NCBI GenBank assembly: GCA_964486685.1
Contig: CAZAOE010000001.1
Span: 12,538 to 76,537, forward strand
Length of the DNA: 64,000 nucleotides
Reading direction: 5' to 3'
DNA from: an uncultured Gammaproteobacteria bacterium
GTDB taxonomy: Bacteria > Patescibacteriota > Patescibacteriia > UBA1558 > S5-K13
In this document: piece by piece, positions 38,301 through 48,203 of the stretch
Layout: each line of letters opens with the position of its first letter
How positions within the stretch are numbered: the stretch's first letter is position 1
Translations under genes and position numbers: made by a program
The notes under the pieces: model-generated
What the model was told of the DNA's origin: nothing
What the model saw: only the letters and a program-made list of their open reading frames with translations
The model's database searches: none

Positions 38301-41157
38301 AGGAACCAGTGTTTATGCCCAAGAAAATAACAATGATATTATTGGTTTGAGAATATATCAGAACTTAAAACATTTATCACCTTTAGATTGGTATTATGAG
38401 TCAGCGCCAGTAATTAAGGGAAATCCTCAACCAATAAAAGTTGGTTCTTATAATGGTTTGCAAGATGGCCGGACAGTTTATGTGAATGTGGGTGAATTAG
38501 GTAATGATGGTAATTTATATACTAATATGTTATTAATATCTCATTCTCAGGATGTCAGTCCAGCTACTATTAATATATTTAATCAATTAATTGATAATTG
38601 GGATTTTAATATTAATATAGACGACTTAGACCAAAGAAATGAATTGGTAGATGATGTACAAAGATGGCAAGATATAAGAAGTATTGAGAAAAAATTAAAT
38701 GATTATGCTGATGGAAATAAATTTTGTGCTTATGTAACTGATCCATTAGGGGCTTCCTGTCCATCAGGTTATCATCATTTTGATATAAATGGTGATGGAG
38801 TGATTGATGATGAAGAATGTTATGATGTTTCTTCAAATGTAACTTGTAGATGGGATTCTGATTGTGAAAAGCATGAAATGGGTTTTCAGAAATGTGTGGG
38901 TGTATATCCAGAATTAAATGATGGTAGTTTTTTACAAGGTATTTCAACATCTAAATGGCCTTCTTGGGCATCTACTTTAGGTAATGATTTGGGTTCTGTT
39001 TTGCCCCATGATCCTATAAATGAATTTAATAGTTGTCCGACAGATTATGATGAACAAACTTGCTGGCATTCTGTTAATGAAGAGTTTTATTGTGCTTTTG
39101 GTTCACAAATTTACTATTATAGGGCTGATGGTAAAGAAGATTTAGATAATAGAGCTTTGGGTTTTGATTTATTTTCTGAATTTAATTCTCAAGAAAATTG
39201 GAATGGCCCATCATCATCATTAACAAATCATGCTTTAGATTTATATAATACTATTAAAATTGATAATCAAGATGTTTGTGATGATGGAGAAATTGGTATC
39301 TTATGTGGTAATGGAAGTTTGGATACTGGCGAACAATGCGATTATAGTAGTGCTAATAACACTTTAACATTATGTTCTGGTGGTTATAATGAAAGAACAG
39401 TTGGCTGTGATAGTAATTGTCAATGGCCTGATTATGTAGAATCCTATCAATGTTTAAGCTGTGGTGATGGATTGTTTAGCCCTCTTTATGAAGAATGTGA
39501 AATCGGATGGGGCGATATGATTTGTGCAGATGGCTGGAATCCACAACCCGTAAATTGTGTTGCTTGTGAATGGGACTCAGCAGTGGATCCTTGTGAATAT
39601 TGTGGTGATAATATTTGTCAAAATGGTACTAATAGTACTAATGATTATGGGGAAAATTATTCTACATGCATACAAGATTGTCATTGTCAGATTGGAGCTG
39701 ATATTGGTATTTGTCAACCAGCGTATGGTGAAAATAGTGAAGTCACTAGTCTGGGATATTGCGATGATTGTTCTTGTGGAGATGGAGTAGTTGATTCTAC
39801 AGAGGATTGTGATGATATGATTAGTATTGGTGAAGTTTGTGAAATTGATGATTATGCCGGGCATATAGATTGTATAGGTTGTGCTTGGGATGGTTGTTTA
39901 GCAGACGGAGAATGTGGGGATAATGTTGTTGATGGAAATGAACTTTGTGAAATTGGAGAAATAACTATTTGTAAGGAAGAGACAACTGGATATTTTGGTG
40001 AGAAGGCATGTCTAGCGGGTTGTTTAGCTTGGGGAAATTGTGTGGCTACAGAATGGTGTGGAGATGATATTATAAATGGCCCTGAAGGCCTTGAAGAATG
40101 TGATGATGGAATGCATTGTGAGAATGGAGATTCTTGTTTTGACAATTCTGTATGTAATGGTATTGGTGATGGACTTTGCAAGCCTCGGAATAATGATGGC
40201 TGTGATGCAAATTGCAAGATTGAACCTGTTTGCGGTGATGGTGTTAAAGAAGGAGCAGAACAATGTGATGATGGAAATACTAATGATTGTGATGGATGTA
40301 AAGGAGATTGTTTAAGAGTTGATAATGTTTGTGGTGATACAAATCTAGAATGCGAGGAAGTTTGCGATGATGGAAATACAAAAACTGAACGATGTGGAGA
40401 TGGAGAAAAAAATGATGGTGATTTTTGTAATGCTAATTGTACAGAGGGGTTTACTTTAAATGAACAATGTGATGATGAAGTTATGGGCCCAGATGATGAT
40501 ACTTATCATATTGAAGATTCAGGCGATGATGATGGAGCTTGTGTAATTGATTATATGCATTCATATTATTCATGTAAGAACAACGTATGTGGAGATGGAT
40601 ATTTAGATTTAAGCTCTGAAGAATGTGATTTTGGAGAGTATCCTGCTCCTAATGATGGATGTAATGACAGTAGTTGCGAGATTGAACCTGTTTGTGGAGA
40701 TGGCGTTCCTGGGCTAGGCGAACAATGTGATGATGGAGATGATCAAGATACAGTTTATACACTTGATCCTAATAATAATGATGGAGTTTGTGTAATTGAT
40801 TACACAAATTGGAATATTTCTTGTAAAATCAATATATGTGGTGATGGATATTTAAATCAAGTTTTTGAGAAGTGTGATGATGGAAATAGAATTTTTGGTG
40901 ATGGCTGTGATGCAGATTGTGATATTGAGCCCTGTAATGATTTAAATATAAATAATTGGGGCGCTTTTTTCTATGCGTCCAATAGTAGTGTTTGTGAGAA
41001 TTTACAAAATTGTCATTGTGTGTGGTGGGGTGAATGTTGTTGTGATTGTTTAAATAGTGGTGGGTGTAATCCCGCATTTTCTTGTAGTTGTACTGGTATT
41101 AATTGTGAGCCACCAACTTGGACTCCTAATCAATATTGTGTTTGTACTGAAAATTAA
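32341..41157 (+). CDS. Giant (2938 aa) pilin-anchored surface protein with Ig-like (Big_5), IPT/TIG, pilin-like helix and Cys-rich (DUF4215-like) repeats
   Basis: Same N-terminal pilin as 30503. Big_5 motifs, GQFISIWG/GGYVTIYGSGFG IPT motifs and CGDG....EECDDG repeats. Confidence 0.85.
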   Translation: MLKKRKNLFLIFILFIVIGFVLPNISSAQILVPQVDNLSTGSIEEIAGTVIQLVLGLLGLIALVIVLYAGFMWMTSGGNEEKISKAKKILSAGVIGLIIILASYAITSFILQAAQGGGGGGGGGGQGCTPNECTGCYRCDLDGNSHYDETCPTCGSGGETYNFSVITNSPQGENISLCSLIQVKFNNIVDETTVNSQNFGLYDCGANSCAGNLINNLTPDGQFIIEEDIIQFILGEDYEQKHYYAVNIIHDGIADEDGEALLVDYYWEFKTGNETDTEPPTVISVFPKDDQEDVCLTSYITAEFSEDMDMLSLRNASSFYLYEDIDTLSDIDFFHQVYNDSLILYPNSNYEAVEDYFPLLNGSIIKDTCGNYLDGDGDGTHQDSDIDNYPSEGPSEEWNFITGDNLYCTPEITGVENNQTYYDATENLIISGHYLGNNPVLIFDNSIVVNQTSNLCMGNEYWYDGACVIWAWTEEEIKVAIPVTGGDNNGVRAGENLVEVQTDEGNVSANFDLLSPRINALYPDQGGVGQFISIWGINFKEDENINLSASEVYFRFNQDEYIEADLPCGQDAWEDEQIIISAPNNLNINNVYAVQIKKVYDDGTERWSNLADFYFNDEEAGPGLCSIDKDELFFEDEFNLNGIKLGDDIFYNREVILGDDYSSIQADVLEWTGNDGDGHNTDVEAITPLMGSATGVGVRVMVEETAGEQRFSNYLNVEILADESTNFYINYTSPTSTPIGGYVTIYGSGFGNSQDDKMVKFNIGGDDWTDGDFDFPDECSTAFWSDEQVIVKVPETFNGFGFPFSSKIKIIDSANYLETNAVNFEVNNEGLAPCICSVNPEFGTKENEIEIAGEYFEDPDDVDNFYFNTIFDNSGNFISGDYADFIIDSDELMFVTVTSTQTGLISARNINGYGNTWNFEYIEAGADITGVWDFYGWNFTTCADCENPRVSRKICNSNNGISFPSPEPGSTDVPQDTKQVYAAFEYPSSMALQMDTNTLITNNINVYKCASGENPGDCNARVSIDNITATPIFLLFKTVNSLEADYWYKIELNTDITDNEGSSLIPNNSDNNAYEWYFHINKEGGQCEPEQLSIVPENYSLAYLTPKSILYKGFLIDDGCYICNDSGYNYVWDKDDPNGLVNFSSRSGVSSEISVHLNQNYKIGDLQISATSTDAGGNGQELFDKTNLYITANCALFNDDWSSCIDNNAHQGFACCWDDISSQCVNDGSPICMRPFVKEIACQPTITLGSPSPVASSTDVVSNALIYMEFAKSGTSTVDMDLNTYTDNLEIYNCTDVNGSFADDICGNNLYNNLSFNYDAIQSSNSVVLYNHNNFILNTWYKLIATENIQDKYGSSLQPKEWHFKVGAGLCDPTNLEVSPSNWTLEIDESKKYTTYCYDEQCNVCLNNYTYEWEVANPSIAELNPDPGTNSSATSTGKAIGFTQITATTTINGEEISDFGDLTVTASIDNCSNYGSITPCNNSGSCCWDGSDCLTGVGNPACDDEESCNDYGDETACNDSHGSDHPSLNCCWALDGYCTSNLSVCEIFYNCSQFKEALDCEHSINNCCWGEDGECYGDGSPMCSNFKVIENYPEDASTEVCPNTLIRAIFNKVLDADSLAGNVNLYVEEGVGNWSSVTTTLNLYNNFAGQAVLKIIPEFLLDKNADYKVELTDGADGIKSTYGNVLNCSNGKCSWIFATANTVCELNYIEIIDPIDKYYLFTQPNEDKNFIAEGRDINGNTIVSMAGYDWSWYWESLDEDLVDLGGPYSDNVTATAENANGNTIVRVSALPIPSELRCSQIVNQIQCEGDSCCWFNGACMADFTECQNTCSVLTTEDDCLINDNCIWQDNMCHFENKWDYDNKDGYKSGLVYPDEAEVELFMCENIWPNVGSFEDDEYHFRLKYCRDGGLGYLATTQAEGLITTNGDGNELLREYIFKYNNPVALELEDMKDEKTILAQVGFLELFDSRLSWKLLGRMFGQFIDLFKGTSVYAQENNNDIIGLRIYQNLKHLSPLDWYYESAPVIKGNPQPIKVGSYNGLQDGRTVYVNVGELGNDGNLYTNMLLISHSQDVSPATINIFNQLIDNWDFNINIDDLDQRNELVDDVQRWQDIRSIEKKLNDYADGNKFCAYVTDPLGASCPSGYHHFDINGDGVIDDEECYDVSSNVTCRWDSDCEKHEMGFQKCVGVYPELNDGSFLQGISTSKWPSWASTLGNDLGSVLPHDPINEFNSCPTDYDEQTCWHSVNEEFYCAFGSQIYYYRADGKEDLDNRALGFDLFSEFNSQENWNGPSSSLTNHALDLYNTIKIDNQDVCDDGEIGILCGNGSLDTGEQCDYSSANNTLTLCSGGYNERTVGCDSNCQWPDYVESYQCLSCGDGLFSPLYEECEIGWGDMICADGWNPQPVNCVACEWDSAVDPCEYCGDNICQNGTNSTNDYGENYSTCIQDCHCQIGADIGICQPAYGENSEVTSLGYCDDCSCGDGVVDSTEDCDDMISIGEVCEIDDYAGHIDCIGCAWDGCLADGECGDNVVDGNELCEIGEITICKEETTGYFGEKACLAGCLAWGNCVATEWCGDDIINGPEGLEECDDGMHCENGDSCFDNSVCNGIGDGLCKPRNNDGCDANCKIEPVCGDGVKEGAEQCDDGNTNDCDGCKGDCLRVDNVCGDTNLECEEVCDDGNTKTERCGDGEKNDGDFCNANCTEGFTLNEQCDDEVMGPDDDTYHIEDSGDDDGACVIDYMHSYYSCKNNVCGDGYLDLSSEECDFGEYPAPNDGCNDSSCEIEPVCGDGVPGLGEQCDDGDDQDTVYTLDPNNNDGVCVIDYTNWNISCKINICGDGYLNQVFEKCDDGNRIFGDGCDADCDIEPCNDLNINNWGAFFYASNSSVCENLQNCHCVWWGECCCDCLNSGGCNPAFSCSCTGINCEPPTWTPNQYCVCTEN

Positions 41158-41265
41158 TAAGAATGAAATAATTTTGGTTTGAAAATAAAATTATAAAGAA
41201 TAATAGTGTTTATAATGATTAATTAAAATTAATGAAATAAATTGTTTTTTATATTATTAATTTAT

Positions 41266-41324
41266 CCCCACACTTATTTCTAAGTCGTGGGGATTTATCC
41301 CCACTACCTTTTCAAGGTGTGAGG
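41266..41324. repeat. Two tandem CCC..GGG mini hairpins sharing an ATTTAT flank
   Basis: atttat-ccccacactta..taagtcgtgggg-atttat-ccccactacctt..aaggtgtgagg-atatat. Confidence 0.7.
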
Positions 41325-41361
41325 ATATATGTTATAATAAAATCACTAATAAGTGATTTTT

Positions 41362-42579
41362 ATGTTTGAAGATTTAGAGCCAGAAAAGGATTTTTCACAA
41401 AATAAATTGAACAATAAATTAGTTCAACCGGAAAATGAAAATATCGGCGATTTTTCACATTCTCAAAAAAATAAGTCCTATCAAGAGAAATTAAAAGATA
41501 CTCAATTTTCTGAAAATAAAAAAAATACTGAAGATATTTTTGCAGACACAGAAGGAAGTACTGCTGCTCAAAAAAATGTCAAACTTCCTAATGTTTTACC
41601 TTCTAAAGAAGGTCTTTCCCCAGTCCAGCCCTTAAAAGATTATCAGGAATTAATTACTGCTGGAGACAGTATTCAAGGAGATAAAATAAAGCCCCATTAT
41701 TTTATTTTGGGTTTGATTATTATTTTAATTTTTTTAGGTAGTTTTGGCGTTTGGGCCTATCAAAAATTATTTACGGGTGAAAATAATACTGGAAATATAA
41801 TTTTAAATACTGAGCCAGAAATTATAGATTTAGTAGAGCAAAAGGAGGAAAAAATAGTAGAAGAAGGTATTAGTGTCAATGAGCCAGCAATTCCCAATGA
41901 TATTGATGGTGATGGTCTTAGTAATGAAGAAGAAGAGGCCCTAGGCACCAACCCTAAAGACGCAGATACAGATGGTGATGGATTATCTGACCGAGAAGAA
42001 GTCAAAATTTATCATACAGAAGCGCTAGAGTGGGATACAGATGGAGACTCTTATTCTGACGGAGAAGAAGTAGCAGCGGGCTATGATCCTTTGGGCCCAG
42101 GAAGATTATTTGATTTTAGTTTGATTACCGGTGATAATTCCGCCAAAGAAAAAATTAAATCTCTAATCTATCCAGAAATAGATATATCAGAATGGAATAA
42201 TTTTAATAGTGAAAAGTTTAATTTTTCTTTTAAATATCCAAATACTTGGGAAATTCAGGAAAAAGATAATAAAGTTATTATTAATAAAGATGGTTCTAAT
42301 TTTATTGAGATTGAATTAAGAGAAAATAAATTAGAGTTAGATTTAGTTGATTGGATTGTTACCCAAAATGATTATCCAGATTTTATACAAGACCAAATAT
42401 ATGTTCATGAAAAACTCTCTCTTTTAGTTAATAGTAATGATCCGGATTGGTTGGCCCAGAGCTCTATATTTATCGGGGTTGGGGACAGAGTTTACAATTA
42501 TAATCTTTTTTCTGACGATGGTTCTGAGGAAAATTTTAATATATTTCAGGCCCTAATATTATCAACAAATTTTAAATAA
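41362..42579 (+). CDS. Membrane-anchored protein with DxDxDG Ca-binding (TSP3-like) repeats and a PsbP-like C-terminus
   Basis: Single [35 protein letters not shown] repeats and FSFKYP.TW. Confidence 0.75.
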   Translation: MFEDLEPEKDFSQNKLNNKLVQPENENIGDFSHSQKNKSYQEKLKDTQFSENKKNTEDIFADTEGSTAAQKNVKLPNVLPSKEGLSPVQPLKDYQELITAGDSIQGDKIKPHYFILGLIIILIFLGSFGVWAYQKLFTGENNTGNIILNTEPEIIDLVEQKEEKIVEEGISVNEPAIPNDIDGDGLSNEEEEALGTNPKDADTDGDGLSDREEVKIYHTEALEWDTDGDSYSDGEEVAAGYDPLGPGRLFDFSLITGDNSAKEKIKSLIYPEIDISEWNNFNSEKFNFSFKYPNTWEIQEKDNKVIINKDGSNFIEIELRENKLELDLVDWIVTQNDYPDFIQDQIYVHEKLSLLVNSNDPDWLAQSSIFIGVGDRVYNYNLFSDDGSEENFNIFQALILSTNFK

Positions 42580-42580
42580 T

Positions 42581-44080
42581 ATGGATATTGAACAAAAAAA
42601 TATTGAAAGCGAAGACATTTTTAAAAAAACCGATTTAGAGCCGGAAAATATTCAAGTTAATAATTTAAATTCTCCCCAAAATCAATTCAATATACCCACT
42701 AAGACCCCAAATAATAATGGTTTAGAAAATAATAAAGTTATTTTTAAAGAAGCTGATGAAAAAGTATTTAATCAAGAAGAGGGGGCTTCGGAGGTTGAAG
42801 AGGGGGCTTCGGAGGTTAAAGATTCTAATATTCATAGCATGCCAGATAAATTTTTAAAACCAGAAAAAGAAAATCAAGAAAAAAATTGGTTTTTGATAAT
42901 TGGGATTGCTTTAGTTTTTGTGATTATTTTAGCGGTAGCTGGATTTGCCTTTTTTGTCTTAAGAGATAAGGATAATCCAGACGAGATATTAAATATTGAA
43001 AATAAAACAAACCAAAATGTCAATACAAACACTGATTCAGCTGATGAAAATGAGTTTAATTTAGATACAGCAAGGGGTAGAGACGAGAAACGATTAAATG
43101 ATATTTTGGACATTAAAAACGCCTTAAGTTTTTATTATCATGATCATACAGAATATCCGGCTAATTTATCATCTTTACTAGATAAATATTTGAAAGATTC
43201 TCCTAAAAATCCTCAACCCGGTGGCGAGGCCTATGATTATCAAAGACAAGAAGATGGTCAAAATTATATATTAGTTTTTAGTTTAGAATCTGGTGGCAAT
43301 TTTGGAAATTTAGTTTTAGGAGAGGGTAAATATGAATTAACATCAATAGATGGAATTCAAATTTATTCAGAAGATGAAGAAGAAGATGAAAATGAAAATA
43401 ATAATTTAGAAAATAACGAAAATAACGAAAATACAAATGTTAATAATACCAATACCAACCAGGAGCTTATAATTCCGCCCAAGGGTCCAGATAGCGATAA
43501 TGATGGTTTAACCAATGCCGAAGAAATTTTATTTGGAACAAAATTTGATTTACCAGATAGTGATTTTGATGGCTATATTGATGGTGAAGAGCTTCTTGCG
43601 CTTTATGACCCAAATACAGCTGACCAAAGATTGGCTAATAATATAGATTTAGTGCGAGTTTATAATAATGATATTTATAAATATTCAGTTTTATATCCAG
43701 CCAAATGGTTGGCCACAGAAAAAACTTCAGAATTTGATGAAACGACTTTTTATGATAATGAGAATGGGGATTTTTTTAACATTCAAGTAGAAGAAAATCC
43801 TCAGGGCCTAAGTTTGCAAAAATGGTATTTATATTTTTCCCCAGGAGCCCAAATAGGACATTTAGAATATTTTCAAAATCCTAATGTTTCTGGATTAAAA
43901 ACTAAAGATGGGTTTAATATTTATATTGCTAATGAGGATAAAATATATGTAATTTCTTATATTTTAGTTGACATAGAAGAGTTAAATTATTTTAGAACTT
44001 TTGAAATGTTAGTCCAAAGTTTTAGATTTATAAATCAACAAGCAGGAGACGAAGAAGGTGGAGGAGACGAGGAAATATAA
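42581..44080 (+). CDS. Membrane-anchored protein with GspG/type IV pilin-like domain, DxDxDG repeats and a PsbP-like domain
   Basis: TM, RDEKRLNDI..IK.AL.FYY..YP..L, DSDNDGL, YSVLYP.KW, and a 21-bp duplication (EEGASEV x2) at 42776-42817. Confidence 0.72.
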   Translation: MDIEQKNIESEDIFKKTDLEPENIQVNNLNSPQNQFNIPTKTPNNNGLENNKVIFKEADEKVFNQEEGASEVEEGASEVKDSNIHSMPDKFLKPEKENQEKNWFLIIGIALVFVIILAVAGFAFFVLRDKDNPDEILNIENKTNQNVNTNTDSADENEFNLDTARGRDEKRLNDILDIKNALSFYYHDHTEYPANLSSLLDKYLKDSPKNPQPGGEAYDYQRQEDGQNYILVFSLESGGNFGNLVLGEGKYELTSIDGIQIYSEDEEEDENENNNLENNENNENTNVNNTNTNQELIIPPKGPDSDNDGLTNAEEILFGTKFDLPDSDFDGYIDGEELLALYDPNTADQRLANNIDLVRVYNNDIYKYSVLYPAKWLATEKTSEFDETTFYDNENGDFFNIQVEENPQGLSLQKWYLYFSPGAQIGHLEYFQNPNVSGLKTKDGFNIYIANEDKIYVISYILVDIEELNYFRTFEMLVQSFRFINQQAGDEEGGGDEEI

Positions 44081-44081
44081 T

Positions 44082-44519
44082 ATGAAAGATAATTTAAATT
44101 TATTGGCCAATAAAAGAATTGAATTGGATTTTAATAAGATTAGAAAATGGTTAGAAAAAAAGATTAAGGCCTTGGAAAAATTAGAAAAAATTAAAGCAGA
44201 ACAGATATCTATAGTTATTACTGATGATAAAAATATAAAATTTTTAAATCAGAAATATCGTCAACAAAATAAAATTACAGATGTTTTAAGTTTTGTTCAA
44301 TCTGATATTAAAGAAGATTTAAAAACAACCTTGGATAATTTTTTAGGAGAAATATTTATAAATTTTGAACAAGCCCAAAGACAGTCCGACAATCTTCAAG
44401 AAGAATTAATAAAATTATTAGTACATGGTTATTTGCACGCTCGAGGTTATTTGCACAAGACAGAGAAACAAAGAAAAGATATGGATGGACGAGCTAAGGA
44501 AATTATTTTAAAGTTATGA
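44082..44519 (+). CDS. ybeY: rRNA maturation endoribonuclease YbeY
   Basis: LN.KYR..NK.TDVLSF, LGEIFI and HGYLH..GY.H. Confidence 0.9.
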   Translation: MKDNLNLLANKRIELDFNKIRKWLEKKIKALEKLEKIKAEQISIVITDDKNIKFLNQKYRQQNKITDVLSFVQSDIKEDLKTTLDNFLGEIFINFEQAQRQSDNLQEELIKLLVHGYLHARGYLHKTEKQRKDMDGRAKEIILKL

Positions 44520-44890
44520 GTTTTTTTAATATTAAAAAATTTGTGGGAAGCATAAAATTTGCTTTTCGAGGATTGAAATCTGTTTGTAAAACAGAACAGA
44601 ATTTTAGATTTCAGGTAGCAATTTCTATTCTAGTAATAATTTTAATGTTTGCTTTTCAGGTTAGTAAAAAAGAGTCCGTGGTTTTAATTTTAATGATTGC
44701 CTTTGTTTTAGTAATGGAGTTGATTAATTCTGTTTTTGAAAAAATGGCTGATATGATGCAACCTCGAGTTCATATTTATGCAGAATTAATAAAGAATATT
44801 ATGTCGGGAGTCGTTCTTATTTCCGCCCTAGCTTCTTTGATTATTGGTTTAATGATTTTTATTCCTTATTTTGAAAAATTATTCGTTTAA
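44516..44890 (+). CDS. dgkA: Diacylglycerol/undecaprenol kinase (DgkA family)
   Basis: S..FAFRGL...EQNFR and ELINS.FE...D. Follows ybeY. Confidence 0.88.
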   Translation: MSFFNIKKFVGSIKFAFRGLKSVCKTEQNFRFQVAISILVIILMFAFQVSKKESVVLILMIAFVLVMELINSVFEKMADMMQPRVHIYAELIKNIMSGVVLISALASLIIGLMIFIPYFEKLFV

Positions 44891-45027
44891 GAAAGTAAAA
44901 AATCAAGGAATTAAGAAAGTAATTTGATTTTTTGTTCAATTGATTTATTGATTATTTGAGCCAATGGTTTAACAATTAATTTTATTTAATATATAATTAA
45001 TATAACAAATAAATATTATTTAAAAAT

Positions 45028-46269
45028 ATGAGCAGAACTAATATTATAACAGGTTTAGATGTAGGTTCTAATAAGATTAGAGTTGTTGTCGGCCAATATG
45101 GCGGAGAGCAAAATGCTTTGCAGATAATTGGTGCTACGGAAAGTGAGTCCCACGGTATTATTAATGGTAATATTGTGAGCATAGAAGATGTGGTAAGTTC
45201 TATATCTATTGCTTTAGAAAAAATAGAAAAAATTATAGGTCTGCCTATTAATAAAGCCGGTGTAGGAATATCAGGTTCAAAAATAAAATCCATTATTAGC
45301 CAGGGCGTGGTGGCTGTGGCTAAGGCCGACGGAGAAATTAAGGATGAAGACATAACGAGAGTAATTGAAGCCGCAGAGGCAGTGTCTACTCCGCCAAATT
45401 ATGAAATTTTACACACCGCCCCTAGAAATTATAAAGTAGATAATCAAGAGGACATTAAAGATCCCATAGGAATGAATGGGGTAAGATTAGAAGTTAATGT
45501 TCAAATTATAATGGTTTTGAGTTCGCAAATAAAAACAATTACTAAATGTATTTATAGAACGGGTGTGGAAGTAAAGGATCTTGTTTTTTCAATTTTAGCA
45601 GATGCTGAGTCGGTTTTAAACAAAGAACAAAAAGAATTAGGATGTGTGCTTGTCAATATTGGTGCCTCTACTACCGATGTAGCCATTTATGAAGAGGGAG
45701 ATTTAATGCACGCAGCTGTTTTGCCAATTGGCAGCTCACATATTACTAATGATTTAGCTATTGGTTTAAGAACATCTATAAAAGTGGCTGAACAAGTTAA
45801 GATAGAATATGCAACTTGTCTGCCGGAAATGATTAGAAAAAGAGAAGAGATTAATTTAAATACCATAGACCCCACGGAAGATAGAAAGGTTCTTGTTTCT
45901 AAATTAGAAATTGCCAAAATAACCCAAGCTAGAGTAGAAGAGATATTTGAATTAGTAGCCGAGGAATTAAAGGCCGTTGATAGATTTGGAATGTTACCGG
46001 CGGGAGTTATTTTAACTGGTGGGGGCTCTAAATTAAATGGTTTAGTTGAGCATGTTAAAAATCAATTAGAGTTGCCTGTTTTTTTAGCCAAACCAATTAA
46101 AATAAATTCTATTGTAGATAAAGTTTATGATTTGTCTTATAGTAATGCTTTGGGTTTGGTTTTATGGCAATATCATAAACAGGGCAAGTGGCCAGGTCGA
46201 AAATCAGATCAGGGCATATTTTCTACAATTATTGATTGGATAAAATCATTAATTCCTAGCAGACATTAA
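45028..46269 (+). CDS. ftsA: Cell division protein FtsA
   Basis: GLDVGS.KI, DPIGM.GVRLE, IG..HITNDLA and GVILTGGG. Confidence 0.97.
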   Translation: MSRTNIITGLDVGSNKIRVVVGQYGGEQNALQIIGATESESHGIINGNIVSIEDVVSSISIALEKIEKIIGLPINKAGVGISGSKIKSIISQGVVAVAKADGEIKDEDITRVIEAAEAVSTPPNYEILHTAPRNYKVDNQEDIKDPIGMNGVRLEVNVQIIMVLSSQIKTITKCIYRTGVEVKDLVFSILADAESVLNKEQKELGCVLVNIGASTTDVAIYEEGDLMHAAVLPIGSSHITNDLAIGLRTSIKVAEQVKIEYATCLPEMIRKREEINLNTIDPTEDRKVLVSKLEIAKITQARVEEIFELVAEELKAVDRFGMLPAGVILTGGGSKLNGLVEHVKNQLELPVFLAKPIKINSIVDKVYDLSYSNALGLVLWQYHKQGKWPGRKSDQGIFSTIIDWIKSLIPSRH

Positions 46270-46322
46270 TTTTAAAAATTATAAGATAATTTGATTTTTA
46301 ATAAATTAAATAATTAAATAAG

Positions 46323-47510
46323 ATGGTTAAGAAAAATAGAGAAATAAAACCAGATATTGAGACCTTTGCCAAAATTAAAGTAGTGGGGGTTGGTGGTTCG
46401 GGCGGTTCAGCTATCAACAGGATGGTTTCAAATAGAATAAGGGGAGTTGATTTTATTGCAATTAATACTGACGCCCAGGCTTTAAATACCTCTAAGGCTA
46501 AAGAAAATGTTCAGATTGGATTAGAAACTACTAAGGGTTTGGGGGCTGGTATGGATCCAGATATTGGCGCTAGATCGGCTGAAGAAAATATAGAAAATAT
46601 TGAAAAGGTTTTAGATGGTTCAGATATGGTTTTTATTACTTGTGGTTTAGGTGGTGGTACTGGAACAGGAGCAGCTCCTATTATTGCAGATATTGCTAAA
46701 AATCAAGATGCCTTAACAGTGGCAGTAGTAACAAGACCATTTAGTTTTGAAGGAGCCCAAAGAAAAAGCATTGCCGAAAGAGGATTAGCAGAATTAGAAA
46801 GTAGAGTAGATACTATAATTACCATTCCTAATGATAGAATTTTAAATATTATAGATAGAAAAACTTCACTATTAGATTCATTCAAAACAGTAGACGAGGT
46901 TTTGTATCAAGGTATTCAAGGAATATCAGAAATAATAACTGTTCCAGGTTTAGTTAATGTTGATTTTGCAGATGTTAAAGCCATTATGGTGGACGCTGGC
47001 TCAGCCTTAATGGGCATTGGCAAGGCCACTGGTGAGGATAGAGCCAAAAGGGCAGCTAAAGAAGCGATTGATAGCCCTTTGTTAGATGTTTCTATTGCTG
47101 GAGCTAAGGGAATATTATTTACGGTTACTGGTGGTAATGATTTAACTATGTATGAGGTCAATGAAATAGCAGAAATAATCACTGCTTCTGCTGATGGCAA
47201 TGCTAAAATTATTTTTGGAACAGTTATTGACGAAAGTTTAAAAGGAGAAATTAAGGTCATGGTTATTGCTACTGGATTTGAGAGTTTTAATCTTTCTGCT
47301 AAAGAGGTTAGAAAATCAAGCGCTATGCCCTACAGTCCTAATTCTTATATGAATAAAACTCGAGTAGAACAAGTAGAAGATAAGGATGATGAAGACATAG
47401 TAAACGATGGTATAGAAGACGGAGAGGAAGATGAATATATAGAAGACGATTCTGATAAAGTTCAAAATGATTTAGACATCCCGGCCTTTATTCGTCGTAA
47501 GATGAAGTAG
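46323..47510 (+). CDS. ftsZ: Cell division protein FtsZ
   Basis: GGGTGTG tubulin signature, NVDFADV and C-terminal DIPAFIR. Confidence 0.99.
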   Translation: MVKKNREIKPDIETFAKIKVVGVGGSGGSAINRMVSNRIRGVDFIAINTDAQALNTSKAKENVQIGLETTKGLGAGMDPDIGARSAEENIENIEKVLDGSDMVFITCGLGGGTGTGAAPIIADIAKNQDALTVAVVTRPFSFEGAQRKSIAERGLAELESRVDTIITIPNDRILNIIDRKTSLLDSFKTVDEVLYQGIQGISEIITVPGLVNVDFADVKAIMVDAGSALMGIGKATGEDRAKRAAKEAIDSPLLDVSIAGAKGILFTVTGGNDLTMYEVNEIAEIITASADGNAKIIFGTVIDESLKGEIKVMVIATGFESFNLSAKEVRKSSAMPYSPNSYMNKTRVEQVEDKDDEDIVNDGIEDGEEDEYIEDDSDKVQNDLDIPAFIRRKMK

Positions 47511-47584
47511 TAACTGAGTAGAAAGGTAAAAGGTGAAGGGTGAAAGTACTTTAAACTTTTACCTTTATACTTTATACTAACTAT

Positions 47585-48046
47585 ATGAAGTGTCCTATTT
47601 GTGGCAATGAAAATACCAAAGTTTTAGATTCTCGGGTCGCTAGCGATGGAATTACTGTTCGGCGACGCAGAGAATGTACAAAAAAACGTTGCGGTTTTCG
47701 TTTTTCCACGATTGAAGAAATAGAAATTTTGGACTTTATTATTATTAAAAGAGATGGCAGAAGAGAGGTTTATAATAAAGAAAAATTAAAAGAAGGCATT
47801 AAAAAGGCCTTAGAAAAAAGACCCTATTCAGAAGAAGATTTTGCTCAATTAATTAGAGATATAGAAATGGATATTCAAAAAATTAGAAAGAATGAAGTAG
47901 AATCTTCTGTAGTAGGAGATATAGTAATGAAACATTTGAAAAAATTTGATAAAATCGCTTATATTCGCTATGCTTCAGTTTATCGTTCTTTTGAAGACGT
48001 TCAAACCTTTGAAAAAGAATTAAAAATTTTAAAAAATGGTAAATAA
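47585..48046 (+). CDS. nrdR: Transcriptional repressor NrdR
   Basis: MKCP.C, VLDSR, RRRREC..C..RFST.E, ATP-cone and AYIRYASVY. Confidence 0.97.
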   Translation: MKCPICGNENTKVLDSRVASDGITVRRRRECTKKRCGFRFSTIEEIEILDFIIIKRDGRREVYNKEKLKEGIKKALEKRPYSEEDFAQLIRDIEMDIQKIRKNEVESSVVGDIVMKHLKKFDKIAYIRYASVYRSFEDVQTFEKELKILKNGK

Positions 48047-48048
48047 AT

Positions 48049-48193
48049 CCCCACACCTATAATTGAAAAATTATAGTATAAGGGAAAATATATTTAAAAT
48101 TTAAATATCAAACCCAATTTATTAAACCTAATTTACCCCCCACCTTTTAAGAAAGCAAAAAGGTGAGGGATGAAAAAATAATTAGGTGTGGAG
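48049..48193. mobile_element. CCC..GGG MITE-like element with a second hairpin element nested inside (48137-48169)
   Basis: Outer ccccacaccta..taggtgtggag, inner cccccacctttt..aaaaggtgaggg. Confidence 0.6.
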
Positions 48194-48203
48194 ATAAGTT
48201 ATC

